Part shown: one piece after another, positions 39,991 through 49,843 of the stretch
Layout of the letters: each line of letters begins with the position of its first letter
Numbering within the stretch: the first letter of the stretch is position 1
Assembly: GCA_963740085.1 (NCBI GenBank)
Contig: CAVUCU010000001.1
Span: 96,001-160,000 of the forward strand
DNA: 64,000 bases
From: Nitrospirota bacterium
GTDB taxonomy: Bacteria > Nitrospirota > UBA9217
Reading direction: 5' to 3'
Notes under the pieces: generated by a model
What the model saw: only the letters and a program-made list of their open reading frames with translations
Told to the model about the DNA's origin: nothing
Database searches by the model: none
Program-made: the position numbers and the translations under genes

Positions 39991-40405
39991 CACACATCCA
40001 CCACACACTGCGCAACAAATCGCCCGTCCGCTTCCGCGACCTTAACATATGGTACGTCGCGCCTTTTATCTCGACATTCGGCTCATGCCGTTCATGATCC
40101 AGTTTTTCGCCCCAGGCCGTCCCGCTGAGAGACGTCCCCTCTATATTCACGTTAAACTTTGAGAAGACCATATGTTCGATGTCCGATAACGACAGGAGCG
40201 CATTCAACCATTCGACGAGAAGGAGTTCATGGTCCGGAGCGGAGACTGTTACGCTTCTCTTCTCTTTGGCTTCAACGGTATCCACATTCACCATCACGGA
40301 AAACAGCGCGACTGCCGCGGTGTTTTCAAAGGCCTCTGCCTCTGTTTTTCCGAACCCGCGAATGCCGATGTCCGCTTCGTGTTCAAAGGTTTCGTATTGT
40401 TTCAA
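39990..40405 (-). CDS. Archease, with a 1-nt deletion near 40043
   Basis: FEHEADIG, LLVEWLN, WGE, EIKGATYH; restoring one A gives KVAEADGRFVAQCVVDV*. Confidence 0.9.
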
Positions 40406-40416
40406 TAATTTTTGTT

Positions 40417-40457
40417 CTCCCGCGTCCGTCGTCCCTCGTCACTCGTCTCTCATCCCT
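40417..40457. repeat. Heptamer array at the amrS stop
   Basis: GTCGTCC CTCGTCA CTCGTCT CTCATCC. Confidence 0.6.
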
Positions 40458-41471
40458 TTATCTCCACACCCCGTCGATCTTCGCCCCGCAGTATTCACAT
40501 TGTCCGCTGTTTACGCGATTTTCCAGGACGCTGAAGCCGATCCGCTTAACGAGCGTCTTCCGACAGCTCCAGCAGAGGGTGTCCTCCCCTTCACCCGGGA
40601 TATTGCCTTCATAGACATAGCGGAGTCCCGCGTCAAAACCGATCCGGCGCGCACGCTTGAGGGTATCAAGCGGCGTGACAGGCTGGTCCATCAGCTTATA
40701 TGTGGGATGGAACCGTGAAACGTGCCAGGGAATATTCTCATCGACGGATTTGATGAACTGCGCTATCTTCTTGAGTTCGTCATCCGAGTCATTATGCCCG
40801 GGGATGACGAGGGTTGTGATCTCGATCCAGATGCCGAGTTCCCGATAGAGCCTGATCGAGTCAAGCACCGGCTGAAGCCGCGCTCCGCAGACCTTTTTGT
40901 AAAAATCATCGGTATATCCCTTGAGATCGATATTTGCCGCATGAAGATACGGTTTGATCACCTTGAGCGCCTCGGGAGTGGTGTAGCCATTCGATACGAA
41001 CACGTTCCTGAGCCCCGCGTCAACGGCGAGGCGCGCCGCATCATAGGCAAGCTCAAAATAGATCGTTGGTTCGGTATAGGTATACGAGATGCTCTTACAG
41101 CCGTTCTTGAGCGCGGCTTCGACGATCTGAGAAGGGGACATCTCCTCACCCGGGACCGTTCCGTCCCGGTCACGCGGAAGTTGGGAGATATCAGCGTTCT
41201 GGCAGTGCATGCAATGGAAGTTGCAGCCGGCGGTCGCGATGGAGAACGACAGGCTGCCGGGGAGGAAATGGAAGAGCGGTTTTTTTTCGATAGGATCTAT
41301 GTGCCCGGCGATCACCTTATCATAAACAAGGGTGTACAGGATGCCGTCCCTGTTCTCGCGAACGGCGCAAATGCCGCGTTTGCCCGGCAGGATCAGACAG
41401 CGATGGCTGCACAGACTGCACTGTACCTTCTTTGCTTCTCTCTGCTCCTGGAACATTGCCTGTTTCATCAT
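40458..41471 (-). CDS. amrS: AmmeMemoRadiSam system radical SAM enzyme
   Basis: DPIEKKPLFHF, GCNFHCMHCQN, YTYTEP, SRFHP, YVYEGN. Confidence 0.92.
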   Translation of the reverse strand: MMKQAMFQEQREAKKVQCSLCSHRCLILPGKRGICAVRENRDGILYTLVYDKVIAGHIDPIEKKPLFHFLPGSLSFSIATAGCNFHCMHCQNADISQLPRDRDGTVPGEEMSPSQIVEAALKNGCKSISYTYTEPTIYFELAYDAARLAVDAGLRNVFVSNGYTTPEALKVIKPYLHAANIDLKGYTDDFYKKVCGARLQPVLDSIRLYRELGIWIEITTLVIPGHNDSDDELKKIAQFIKSVDENIPWHVSRFHPTYKLMDQPVTPLDTLKRARRIGFDAGLRYVYEGNIPGEGEDTLCWSCRKTLVKRIGFSVLENRVNSGQCEYCGAKIDGVWR

Positions 41472-41517
41472 GCGCAACCTCCCTCACCCCGCAGGACGAA
41501 ACCATTTGTGCCCCGGA

Positions 41518-41655
41518 GACTCGAGGTCAAAAAGTCCGGCGTTCGTGTCATTCCGAACGAAGTGAAGAATCTGTCACCGGTGTTGATGAAGAGAAGATTC
41601 CTCCTGTTGGTCGAAATGACGAAACTGTTCTTTTCTGACTTTTACAAGAACTTCA
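41518..41655. repeat. Nested REP-like element (CHSERSEES type)
   Basis: Outer AAAAAGTC...GACTTTTAC; inner TGTCATTCCGAACGAAGTGAAGAATCT...AGATTCCTC...TCGAAATGAC. Confidence 0.7.
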
Positions 41656-41700
41656 TTCGATGTTTTCGCGCGTTTTGACGATAACCTAGTCTGCACATCA

Positions 41701-42483
41701 CTACGGCTGCTGAAATCCCTTCTCCGCCCTGGTCTTATGATCGATCGCTTCCGCCTGTATCCGGATTTCGCAATTCGCGCAGATGATGTCCGGGGAGGGT
41801 TTACTGCAAACCAGACACCGTCGGTCCTTCCCCTGCTTGATCCCCTCTGCGTCAAAGATCATCTGCAGAAACTCGCTCTCCGTCACGTGTCCTTCCATCT
41901 GGAGGTTCGCACCGAAGATCGTCATCGGCAGTTTCTTGATCTTGTGCTTTTTTATGACCTCGGGGAAATTATCCGCGACAATGATGTCAGTAGATATGTA
42001 TCTGTTCTCGAGCGCGAGACCTATAGCGGTCTCGGCCACGGGCCGGCACAGCGGGCAGTCGCTTTCGACAAAGACCTGTATCTTGACGTCATGGTCAAGG
42101 TGTTTCAGGACGCGCCTCACGTCCTCCGGGAACCATACTTTTGTGTTGGAAAGAGACTGGACCGTGTCCACGAGTATTTTTAAAAAAACGTCTTCTATGA
42201 GTCCGTAAAATGCGGTTGTTTCTCCATCCCCGCCCTGCAGCACGATGGCCGGCACGCGCTCGATTCCGTATTGAAGCGACTTGTCCCGGTCCATGACCAG
42301 ATCATAGGATTCAAGGGCTATCTTGTCGAAATGCGCCTTGATGGCCCGGGCAAGGTCGGTCATTTCCGGACAGGCCGGGCACCCCGTGTCGCTCGTGAAG
42401 AGGACCAGCCGGACGGGCTTGTTGAGATGTTTTTCCGAAGTTTTGACGATTTCCAGCGATCTTTCCGATATCATGACTATCAC
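41701..42483 (-). CDS. Two-domain protein disulfide oxidoreductase (AhpF-N/PDO-like) with Cys-rich C-terminal tail
   Basis: CPAC and CPLC in two thioredoxin folds; tail CLVC...CANC. Confidence 0.8.
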   Translation of the reverse strand: MIVMISERSLEIVKTSEKHLNKPVRLVLFTSDTGCPACPEMTDLARAIKAHFDKIALESYDLVMDRDKSLQYGIERVPAIVLQGGDGETTAFYGLIEDVFLKILVDTVQSLSNTKVWFPEDVRRVLKHLDHDVKIQVFVESDCPLCRPVAETAIGLALENRYISTDIIVADNFPEVIKKHKIKKLPMTIFGANLQMEGHVTESEFLQMIFDAEGIKQGKDRRCLVCSKPSPDIICANCEIRIQAEAIDHKTRAEKGFQQP

Positions 42484-42501
42484 CTCATCTCAGTCTAATA
42501 C

Positions 42502-42670
42502 ACTAACCCGGACAAGCCGGAAACAAAAGACGTCTCTCGCAGAGCGCACGGAGAACGCAGAGTTAAATCAAGATCATTAGTCTTGGTTTTTCCCCAAATA
42601 TTTTTTTCTTTTCTCTGCGAAATCTGCGTCTCTGCGAGAAAATTTTTGCCGTTTTAAGATGAATTTGATT
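42502..42670. repeat. Modular MITE-like element, copy 1
   Basis: ACTAACCCGGACAAGCCGGAAA left end; inner CGCAGAG/CTCTGCG arms; right end TTGCCGTTTTAAGATGAATTTGA. Confidence 0.75.
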
Positions 42671-42743
42671 CCTTCGTCAGCAAGGTATTCTCATTGCCCT
42701 ACTTATTTTAAGCTACTGCCCCCGGGGGCCATGTCAAGAAGCT

Positions 42744-44111
42744 TCAGTCTTTGATGGTATATTTCTTCAGTTTATACCTCAGCACCCGCTCGCTGATCCC
42801 GAGCTTTTCCGCGGCGCGCGTCTGCACGCCGCCTGACGCCTTCAAGGCCTCCAGTATGATACCGCGCTCAACGGTATCCAGCGTCTCGTTCAACGAGCCC
42901 TTCAAAGTCTGTGCTGACAGCTCAACTTCGCTCGCCGCGGTCCTGACATGGATCGGAAGGTCAGCAGTGGTAATGACGCCCTTTTTGGCCAGCACAACGG
43001 CACGCTCGATGATGTTCTCAAGTTCGCGCACATTTCCCGGATAGTTGTATCGTATGAGCAAATCACGTGTCTCCGCCGAAATGCCGGTGATGCTTTTATT
43101 GTTTTCACCATTGTATTTCTTGATAAAAAAGTCCAGAAGGCCCGGCACATCCTCTTTCCGTTCGCGCAGCGGCGGGATGACCACGGAAACGACGTTGAGC
43201 CGGTAATACAGGTCTTCCCGGAATGCCCCCTCTTTCACGGCTTTTTCAATGTCCCGATTGGTGGCGGCGATCACGCGCACATCCACCTTGATGGTCTCGT
43301 TCCCGCCGAGTCGCTCGAACTCCCGCTCCTGCAGCACCCGAAGGAGCTTTACCTGCATTCCCGACGTCAGTTCGCCGATCTCATCAAGGAACAGCGTACC
43401 CCGGTCAGCCGCCTCGAACCTGCCGATCCGCCGCGCCGTCGCGCCCGTAAAGGCCCCCTTCTCATGTCCAAAAAGTTCGCTCTCGAGCAGCGTCTCGGGC
43501 AGGGCGGCGCAATTGACCTTGATAAGCGGGGCGTTCGCGCGCGGACTGTGATAATGAATGGCCTTGGCTATCAGCTCTTTCCCGGTTCCGCTTTCGCCCC
43601 GAAGCAATACCGTCGCGCTGCTGGCGGCCACGCGGCCGGCCATATTCAGGACTTCCTCCATGGCATGGCTCGTGCTCACGATCTCATCGAACTTGTACCG
43701 TTCGATCAGCATTTCCTTGAGTTCAGAATTCTCCCGGATCAGGTCCCGGCGCTCCGATACCCTTTCGATGAGCACCACCAGCTGGTCAAGATCGATCGGT
43801 TTGGGAAGATAGTCATAGGCGCCGGCCTTGATGGCCTTGACCGCGGTCTCGATAGTGCCGAAAGCGGTCATGATGACGACCGCCATGTCGGGATTTATCT
43901 TTCGCGCCTCTTCCGAGGTCCTGAGCGCGTCCACCCCGGGGATATTGCAGTCCGTCAGGAACATGTCATAGCGATCTCGACCGATCTCATCCACGGCCTC
44001 CTGCACGGTGCCCACACCCAGAACGTCGTATCCCTTCCCGTGGAGATGGTCTTCGATCCGCTTGCGCTCCCGTGCCTCATCATCCATGATCAATATACGG
44101 GCTTTTTGCAT
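42744..44111 (-). CDS. Sigma54-dependent response regulator (NtrC/AtoC family)
   Basis: REC domain; GESGTGKE; ESELFGHEKGAFTGA; Fis-type HTH. Confidence 0.95.
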   Translation of the reverse strand: MQKARILIMDDEARERKRIEDHLHGKGYDVLGVGTVQEAVDEIGRDRYDMFLTDCNIPGVDALRTSEEARKINPDMAVVIMTAFGTIETAVKAIKAGAYDYLPKPIDLDQLVVLIERVSERRDLIRENSELKEMLIERYKFDEIVSTSHAMEEVLNMAGRVAASSATVLLRGESGTGKELIAKAIHYHSPRANAPLIKVNCAALPETLLESELFGHEKGAFTGATARRIGRFEAADRGTLFLDEIGELTSGMQVKLLRVLQEREFERLGGNETIKVDVRVIAATNRDIEKAVKEGAFREDLYYRLNVVSVVIPPLRERKEDVPGLLDFFIKKYNGENNKSITGISAETRDLLIRYNYPGNVRELENIIERAVVLAKKGVITTADLPIHVRTAASEVELSAQTLKGSLNETLDTVERGIILEALKASGGVQTRAAEKLGISERVLRYKLKKYTIKD

Positions 44112-44136
44112 TCGATCCCTCTTCGTGCCAAACCCT

Positions 44137-44306
44137 ACTAACCCGGACAAGCCGGAAATCATTTTCAGCCACAAAAGTCACAAAAAAACACAAAGAACAC
44201 AAAGAAAAGCGAAAATAAAACAGAATTTATTCATGTTTTCAAGCACTCTGCGCCTTCTGTGCTTTTTGTGGCAAAATATTCTTGCCGTTTTGAGTAGAAT
44301 TTGACT
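44137..44306. repeat. Modular MITE-like element, copy 2
   Basis: Identical 22-bp left end; inner CACAAA/TTTGTG arms; right end TTGCCGTTTTGAGTAGAATTTGA. Confidence 0.75.
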
Positions 44307-44335
44307 CGCAACTTACGTAGTAGTCACGGCAATTC

Positions 44336-45313
44336 TCAGTAACCCGGCGCCATTATCGCAACAGGCTTTGATAATATCTTATCATATAAATCGAGCACAA
44401 TACCTTCTCGCAGTCCCCAGTCACTCACGACCATCGACGAAAAACCTGAAAGCTCCATGATCTCCTGTACGACCACGGCCCCGGCCAGAATGATATCTTC
44501 CCGGCCATGCTCCAATCCGGGAATTGACCTTCGCTCTTTGAGGGTGCTTGCAGCCAGCCTTCGAACAATCTCGTTCACTGATTCCCTGCTCAGGATATGC
44601 CCGTTGATCTTGCGGGGATCATATTCCGAAAGGCTCAGGTCCATGGCAGCGAGCGTCGTGATCGTCCCTGCAGTGCCGATAAAGGCTTTGCCGGGTCCGG
44701 GTTGCATCATGCCTCTGTGCTTATCCAGACTGTCTTTGACCGCGCGTCTGAGCAAAGCCATCTCCGCTTTTGTTGGCGGATCGTTTTTCGCATATCGATC
44801 GGTAAGATAGACCGCTCCCAGGGGCAGACTCACGATTGCTGTCTCTTCCGCGGGGCGCGTCTCGATTATCTCGGTACTGCCCCCGCCGATGTCGATGACA
44901 AGTGAGGAATCGAGCGCGTGCCTGTGCGGCCCCACGAATCCCTTCACCGCACGGACAACTCCGGCAAGCGTAAGTTTTGCCTCTTCTTCCCCGGTGATGA
45001 CCCTGATATCGAGACCGGTCTTCGTCTTTACTCTTTCGATGAATGGGACGGCATTTGATGCGCTCCTGAGGGCGCTCGTCCCGACCGCCGCGGTATGGAG
45101 CGCGGAGTAACGCCGGATATTCTCCGTGAAATCGCCGAGCGCTTTCAGCGCCCGGTCCTCTGCATCGCGGGTGAGCATCCCCCCCCGGTCAAGGTCCTGT
45201 CCCAGGCGGATGACCCTTCTGTCTGAATAGATCTCATGAAATGAACCAGGTCTGGTTTCGGCAATGAGCAAGCGGAGGGTGTTGGTACCGATATCGATCC
45301 CGGCAAGGATCAT
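44336..45313 (-). CDS. ppx: Ppx/GppA family phosphatase
   Basis: IDIGTNT, GTSALR, GEEEA, DIGGGSTE, GLREG. Confidence 0.9.
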   Translation of the reverse strand: MILAGIDIGTNTLRLLIAETRPGSFHEIYSDRRVIRLGQDLDRGGMLTRDAEDRALKALGDFTENIRRYSALHTAAVGTSALRSASNAVPFIERVKTKTGLDIRVITGEEEAKLTLAGVVRAVKGFVGPHRHALDSSLVIDIGGGSTEIIETRPAEETAIVSLPLGAVYLTDRYAKNDPPTKAEMALLRRAVKDSLDKHRGMMQPGPGKAFIGTAGTITTLAAMDLSLSEYDPRKINGHILSRESVNEIVRRLAASTLKERRSIPGLEHGREDIILAGAVVVQEIMELSGFSSMVVSDWGLREGIVLDLYDKILSKPVAIMAPGY

Positions 45314-45762
45314 GACACGATCAGTTGCTTAAGCCTTTCGTGGTATGTGCGAATACGCATGGCGAGCAGTTTGCTAATGACCACGAGGGCCCTGGCGGCC
45401 ACCCCCGGCTCCAACTCGGTAAGCGTGATAAAATCCTTTCTCGTTAAGAGCAGGAGTTCCACGTCCGTCTCTGCCCGCGCCGTCACAAGACGGTTCGTTT
45501 CCTGGATCAGAGCAAGTTCGCCAAAGAACTCTCCCGGCTTGAGAAGCAAGAGCCCCATCTCCTCACCCTCTCCCGCCATCATCGATATCCTGACCTTGCC
45601 GCTCTTTACGATGTAAAGCGCCTCGGCCGGCATGTTCTGGGCGAAGATAGTGGCATTCGCATTCAGTTTGCGCTCTTGAAACAGATCCAGAATATGCTCG
45701 ATCTTGCCTCTGCCGGCGCCCCTGAAGAGCATTGTAGAGAGTAGGAGTTCAAGGTTAGTCAT
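45310..45762 (-). CDS. Stand-alone cyclic nucleotide-binding domain protein
   Basis: LYIVKSGKV...GEFFGELAL...R.VTARA; no HTH. Confidence 0.85.
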   Translation of the reverse strand: MTNLELLLSTMLFRGAGRGKIEHILDLFQERKLNANATIFAQNMPAEALYIVKSGKVRISMMAGEGEEMGLLLLKPGEFFGELALIQETNRLVTARAETDVELLLLTRKDFITLTELEPGVAARALVVISKLLAMRIRTYHERLKQLIVS

Positions 45763-45841
45763 GATTACCCTGCGTATTTGTATATGTATAGTATAGCGCT
45801 GTCAACGGGATGAGGCATTATAGGTTGGCGAATTTTATTTG

Positions 45842-46629
45842 TCAAGATACATTGAAGGCTGAAACGGGGAACACAACCCCGGACAAGCGGGCGCATTCAG
45901 AAAGATACTTTTCCTGGACAGCCGGGTCCGCGGCAGCCGGGTGAAAGCTTCGGGGTTGTTGATGATAGAAATATCTTCCCGAGACCAGTACTTCCCTCTC
46001 CTGGCTTACTGCCAGCCATACCTGAGTCCTCGACCCTTCCTCGACGCTCACAGGCGCTACCCGCCCTCCCATCTTCGTGGCCGCCCAGCCGGGCTCCATT
46101 GCATTGGACAACACGTCGGGCCATTTGCGGGCCGCGGCAAAGGCAAGGAGGACGACGTGCAGCTTCGTATCCGCGTAGGTGCTTGATATTTCCTCCGGCC
46201 TTCTGCTCCGCGTCAGATCCTTCAGGGAACCGTCGCCGCTTCGATGCAAGCCGGAGCTCGTATAGATCAGGCGCTTCGGCCTTATGATCAGGCAGGTCAG
46301 GATGTAAGGCGCCAGGGAGTTCACTGCGAAGATCTCCGGCAGGCCGTCGATGGTCCGGCTGCTGAGGGGAACATGATAAACGCCGGCATTATGGATCACG
46401 GCATCGAAGGTCCCAGGTCGTTCACCCGGTCCGCAAGGGACTTTGTTTCCGCGATGCTGGCGAGATCGCCAACAACTGCGCCAATCGCGCCCTGAACTTT
46501 GGAAAGCGCCTCATTCGCCCGCTGTTGATTACGGCCATGCAGCACGACCTGGTGGCCTTGCGCGACAAGCATTCGCGCCTCCATGAGACCAAGACCGTCA
46601 GCAGAGCCTGTAATGAATATTCTTGCCAT
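45842..46629 (-). CDS. SDR-family oxidoreductase split by a 1-nt deletion near 46412
   Basis: TGSADGLG in the 5' ORF; HNAG and YADTK in the 3' ORF; restoring one G gives LGTFDAVIHNAG. Confidence 0.85.
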
Positions 46630-46717
46630 GGAGTTTTCCTCGGTGAGTACGGTTTCGACGCCCCTCAGTATCTCACGGCCGTGTTCGTTCTCAACGTATT
46701 CTCATAACCTTTCAAAT

Positions 46718-47131
46718 CTACTTCATCTTGAGTCCGCCGTTTGCCGGGGAATATTCTCCGATTTCTTTCCCGCTTTTCTGGTCGATGACCAGGACGACAT
46801 TCTTTTGCGCGTCTTCTATCTTGTAATAGGCCCAGACGACGTTGATGATATCTTCCTTCTCCTCGGCCGAGAGCGAGATGAACTTTGGGCCCACACGTAC
46901 GCGCGTAATGGGGCTGCTATCATCGATGCTCTTGATGAGTCCAAGTGCGATCGCATTCTTCATGAAGGCCAGTCTTTTCTGTTGTATTTCCGGATCGCCT
47001 TGATGAGCGGTAGATTTTGGTGCCGTAGCCGTCGAGGTCAGGGCTTCGGCGTTCGCTGAAAGAAAGGTCAGAACCAATCCAACTCCGATAAACCATTTCC
47101 ATCTGCTAGATAAATTCATTTTCATCGACAT
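46718..47131 (-). CDS. Exported hypothetical protein
   Basis: Signal peptide (AEA-L) and purine-rich RBS; no recognised family. Confidence 0.6.
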   Translation of the reverse strand: MSMKMNLSSRWKWFIGVGLVLTFLSANAEALTSTATAPKSTAHQGDPEIQQKRLAFMKNAIALGLIKSIDDSSPITRVRVGPKFISLSAEEKEDIINVVWAYYKIEDAQKNVVLVIDQKSGKEIGEYSPANGGLKMK

Positions 47132-47409
47132 GTCTTCTCTCCCGTCTCGCCCTTTCATGAAATGAATACAATAACGTCGCTATTATTATAGCGCAGCAAT
47201 GGGCCGGTTTGAAATCTTAAGAGGTCTGAAATTTGCCGCAGAGGAACGGTGGTCACGGAGAAAACCTCTACCCATGATATATTCCGAAAATTCCGGCTCT
47301 CATACAAGCCTTGTTCTTTTAATAAAATCTCCTTGTCGTCTAGTTGCGCATATTGTAATATATACCCAGACTCAAATCAACGGCCTGCGGCCAACTAAGG
47401 AGGAGTGTA

Positions 47410-47796
47410 ATGGAACCAAAGAAATTTTTATTCGTCCTGTCCCATGCAACGTCAAATCCCATGGAAGTGATCGTCATGCTTAAAATTGCGTCCAATATGA
47501 AGGCATTCGACGACACGGCAGAGGTGGCGGTTTTCCTTGTCGGTGAGGGCGTCCAGCTTGCAAAGAAAGGCGTGGGAAAGACCATATCCATGGAATTGGA
47601 AGGCAGTCAGGTCAATGTCGGCGAGCTGATGGACATGACGCCCGATCTCGGCATCAAGTTTTACGTCTGCCATGCCTTCATGCCGCTCTATAGCATCGCC
47701 AAGGAAGAACTCATCGAAAATGCGGAAATGAAGGGAAGTTCCTACCTCGGCGAGCTTCTCCTGGCCGGCTACACTCCCGTTCCGATGGCGATGTAG
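47410..47796 (+). CDS. DsrE-family protein
   Basis: VFLVGEGVQL...FYVC; AGGAGGAG RBS. Confidence 0.8.
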   Translation: MEPKKFLFVLSHATSNPMEVIVMLKIASNMKAFDDTAEVAVFLVGEGVQLAKKGVGKTISMELEGSQVNVGELMDMTPDLGIKFYVCHAFMPLYSIAKEELIENAEMKGSSYLGELLLAGYTPVPMAM

Positions 47797-47831
47797 CTGC
47801 GATCCGGCCTCAGGCTATGAGAAGAATCTAT

Positions 47832-47900
47832 AAGGGACGTTGTGTCTGAAGTGGATTCATTATCCTGCTTTTTAACTCAATCTAAGACACAGCGTCCCTT
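47832..47900. repeat. Short inverted-repeat (REP-like) element
   Basis: AAGGGACGTTGTGTCT...AGACACAGCGTCCCTT, 16-bp arms with one G-U pair. Confidence 0.65.
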
Positions 47901-47967
47901 TTCATTTCCCGCATGGGGTTTACTTCTGAACCCGCACGTCCTTTGTTGCGAATACGCTCTTTACCCT

Positions 47968-48423
47968 TCAAGGCTTGCCCACGATCTGAAGCGTCCTCGA
48001 GTCTCGCTTGCCTTGGTAATACTTGTCAAGGACGCGTCCGAAGACCGAATGCGGACCAGACACAAGCTCGAACAAGGTCATTGACGATTGAAGCTTCCAG
48101 TCGTCAGGGTGTCCAAAAATATCCGAAGTTGGTTGCCCCGAAACAGCCAGGACCGCTTCTGCGCTCTCCACGAGCCTTGCCCCCAGAACGGGATGGCTGA
48201 GGTATTGCCGCGCCTCGTCCAGGCTCTTAATGGAATAGAGTCGTGTTGTTGGGCTGTGCCCCAATCCGTCGATCTGCGGGAAGATGTACCACATCCAGTG
48301 CAAGCGCTTCAGGCCGTCACGCAGCTCAGCAAGGGCGCGGTCGTAGACACCATTCTGCGCGCTGATGAAGCGGTTGAGTTCATAGGGGTCATCAAGATCA
48401 ACAGTATCGCTCTCTTTTGCCAT
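47968..48423 (-). CDS. DUF1810 family protein
   Basis: LNRFISAQ...HWMWYIFPQ...HPVLGARL...IFGHPDDWKLQSSMTLF. Confidence 0.9.
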   Translation of the reverse strand: MAKESDTVDLDDPYELNRFISAQNGVYDRALAELRDGLKRLHWMWYIFPQIDGLGHSPTTRLYSIKSLDEARQYLSHPVLGARLVESAEAVLAVSGQPTSDIFGHPDDWKLQSSMTLFELVSGPHSVFGRVLDKYYQGKRDSRTLQIVGKP

Positions 48424-48654
48424 ACCGTCCTCCTCTCATCACTGGCCTCGCTGTAAAAAGATACAGGGTGTCCCTGTACGAAGCGTAGCAAGAACAAGGG
48501 AGCATGTCAACTTTGGAGGGAATGGGAATAGCGGCAAATGTTAGGAAGCAGGATCGGGCCTGAGGACGTTCTGAATCGGAAAAGCAAACGTGGCAAGAGC
48601 AGGTCTATTGACACCCTCTTCCCCTCCTGGCTGACATCCGGTATAATGATACCC

Positions 48655-49383
48655 ATGAACGCGAATTCCTCTGGTCAAGTGACAAACAGCCGGCTCATCT
48701 GGCTCGCCATCTTCGGCATCGCCATGGGCCTCCTCGAGGCGATCGTCGTGGTCTACCTGCGCGCGCTCTATTTCCCCGGCGGTTTCGGCTTTCCCCTCCG
48801 GTTCATTCCTGAACAGATGCTCCGAACGGAGATACTCCGGGAACTTGCCACCATCGTCATGCTCGTTGCGCTTGCCGCGGCTGCGGCAAGAACGTTCGTC
48901 CTTCGCTTCGCCGTCTTTCTCTTTAGCTTCGGGGTCTGGGACGTCTTCTACTATGTATTCCTCGAGGTCCTGCTGGACTGGCCGCACTCGTTCTTCACCT
49001 GGGACGTGCTGTTTCTGATCCCCGTAACCTGGGTCGCGCCGATCCTGGCGCCGCTCGTCTGCGCGCTTACGATGATCGGTCTCGCCGTCCTCTTGATCGC
49101 GCTCCATCGGCAATACGGCAGTGTCCGGACCGGGCGACTGTCATGGCTCTTCATGGCAGCGGGCGCGGGTGTGATAATTTATACGTTCATCGGAGACTAC
49201 GCGGGGATCGTCATCAAGGGAGGATTCGTCCCGGACCTTGCAGGTCTGACAAACAACAGTGTCTTTCAGAAAGTCGTCGCCTCCTTTGTGCCCGTCCACT
49301 TCAACTGGCGACTTTTCTCTGCTGGAGAAGCGCTGATCCTTCTGTCCGGTTTCGTGGTGTACGTGAAGACCGCGAACAAATGA
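48655..49383 (+). CDS. Multi-pass membrane hypothetical protein
   Basis: FGIAMGLLEAIVVVYLR...EILRELATIVML...WDVFYY...WDVLFLIPVTW; TATAAT 7 nt before ATG 48655, possibly leaderless. Confidence 0.75.
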   Translation: MNANSSGQVTNSRLIWLAIFGIAMGLLEAIVVVYLRALYFPGGFGFPLRFIPEQMLRTEILRELATIVMLVALAAAAARTFVLRFAVFLFSFGVWDVFYYVFLEVLLDWPHSFFTWDVLFLIPVTWVAPILAPLVCALTMIGLAVLLIALHRQYGSVRTGRLSWLFMAAGAGVIIYTFIGDYAGIVIKGGFVPDLAGLTNNSVFQKVVASFVPVHFNWRLFSAGEALILLSGFVVYVKTANK

Positions 49384-49651
49384 TCTTGCAACGGGCGGTC
49401 AGGAGGGTGACGGGAAAATACGATGCGTTTCCTAACGAAAGGGCCTTGTATGTACAACCCTTCGCTCCGATAAACAAAGGTCGAGGCCAAGGGGACATTA
49501 TATCGAGTACACCTACAACAGTGTAATTGTAGACAGTCTGAAACTGTCACAAGATACCGATGGTATTACACATACCTGACAAGTGGAAAGACATTCGCCA
49601 AAGAACAGGGGTGGAATGATCTATCAATAAACTTAATCCAGCCAGCTGTCA

Positions 49652-49843
49652 CTATTTGCGCAACCTTTTGTATAGCTCTTCAAGATTGTGTTCATGCGCC
49701 AACTCTTCCGCTGCGAAGCCTTCAAAAAGTTTTTTTGCCTCTGCGTTCGTTGTAGCACCGGCCGCCTTTAAATAGAACTCATAGGCCTTATGCTCTTCCA
49801 TGATCGCCATCTTAAACGTGTTAAAAAGAGTATCGTTATCCAT
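49652..49843 (-). CDS. Short ferritin-like (half rubrerythrin diiron domain) protein, 63 aa
   Basis: AIMEEHKAYEFY...LF...EELAH; AGGAGG RBS. Confidence 0.75.
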   Translation of the reverse strand: MDNDTLFNTFKMAIMEEHKAYEFYLKAAGATTNAEAKKLFEGFAAEELAHEHNLEELYKRLRK

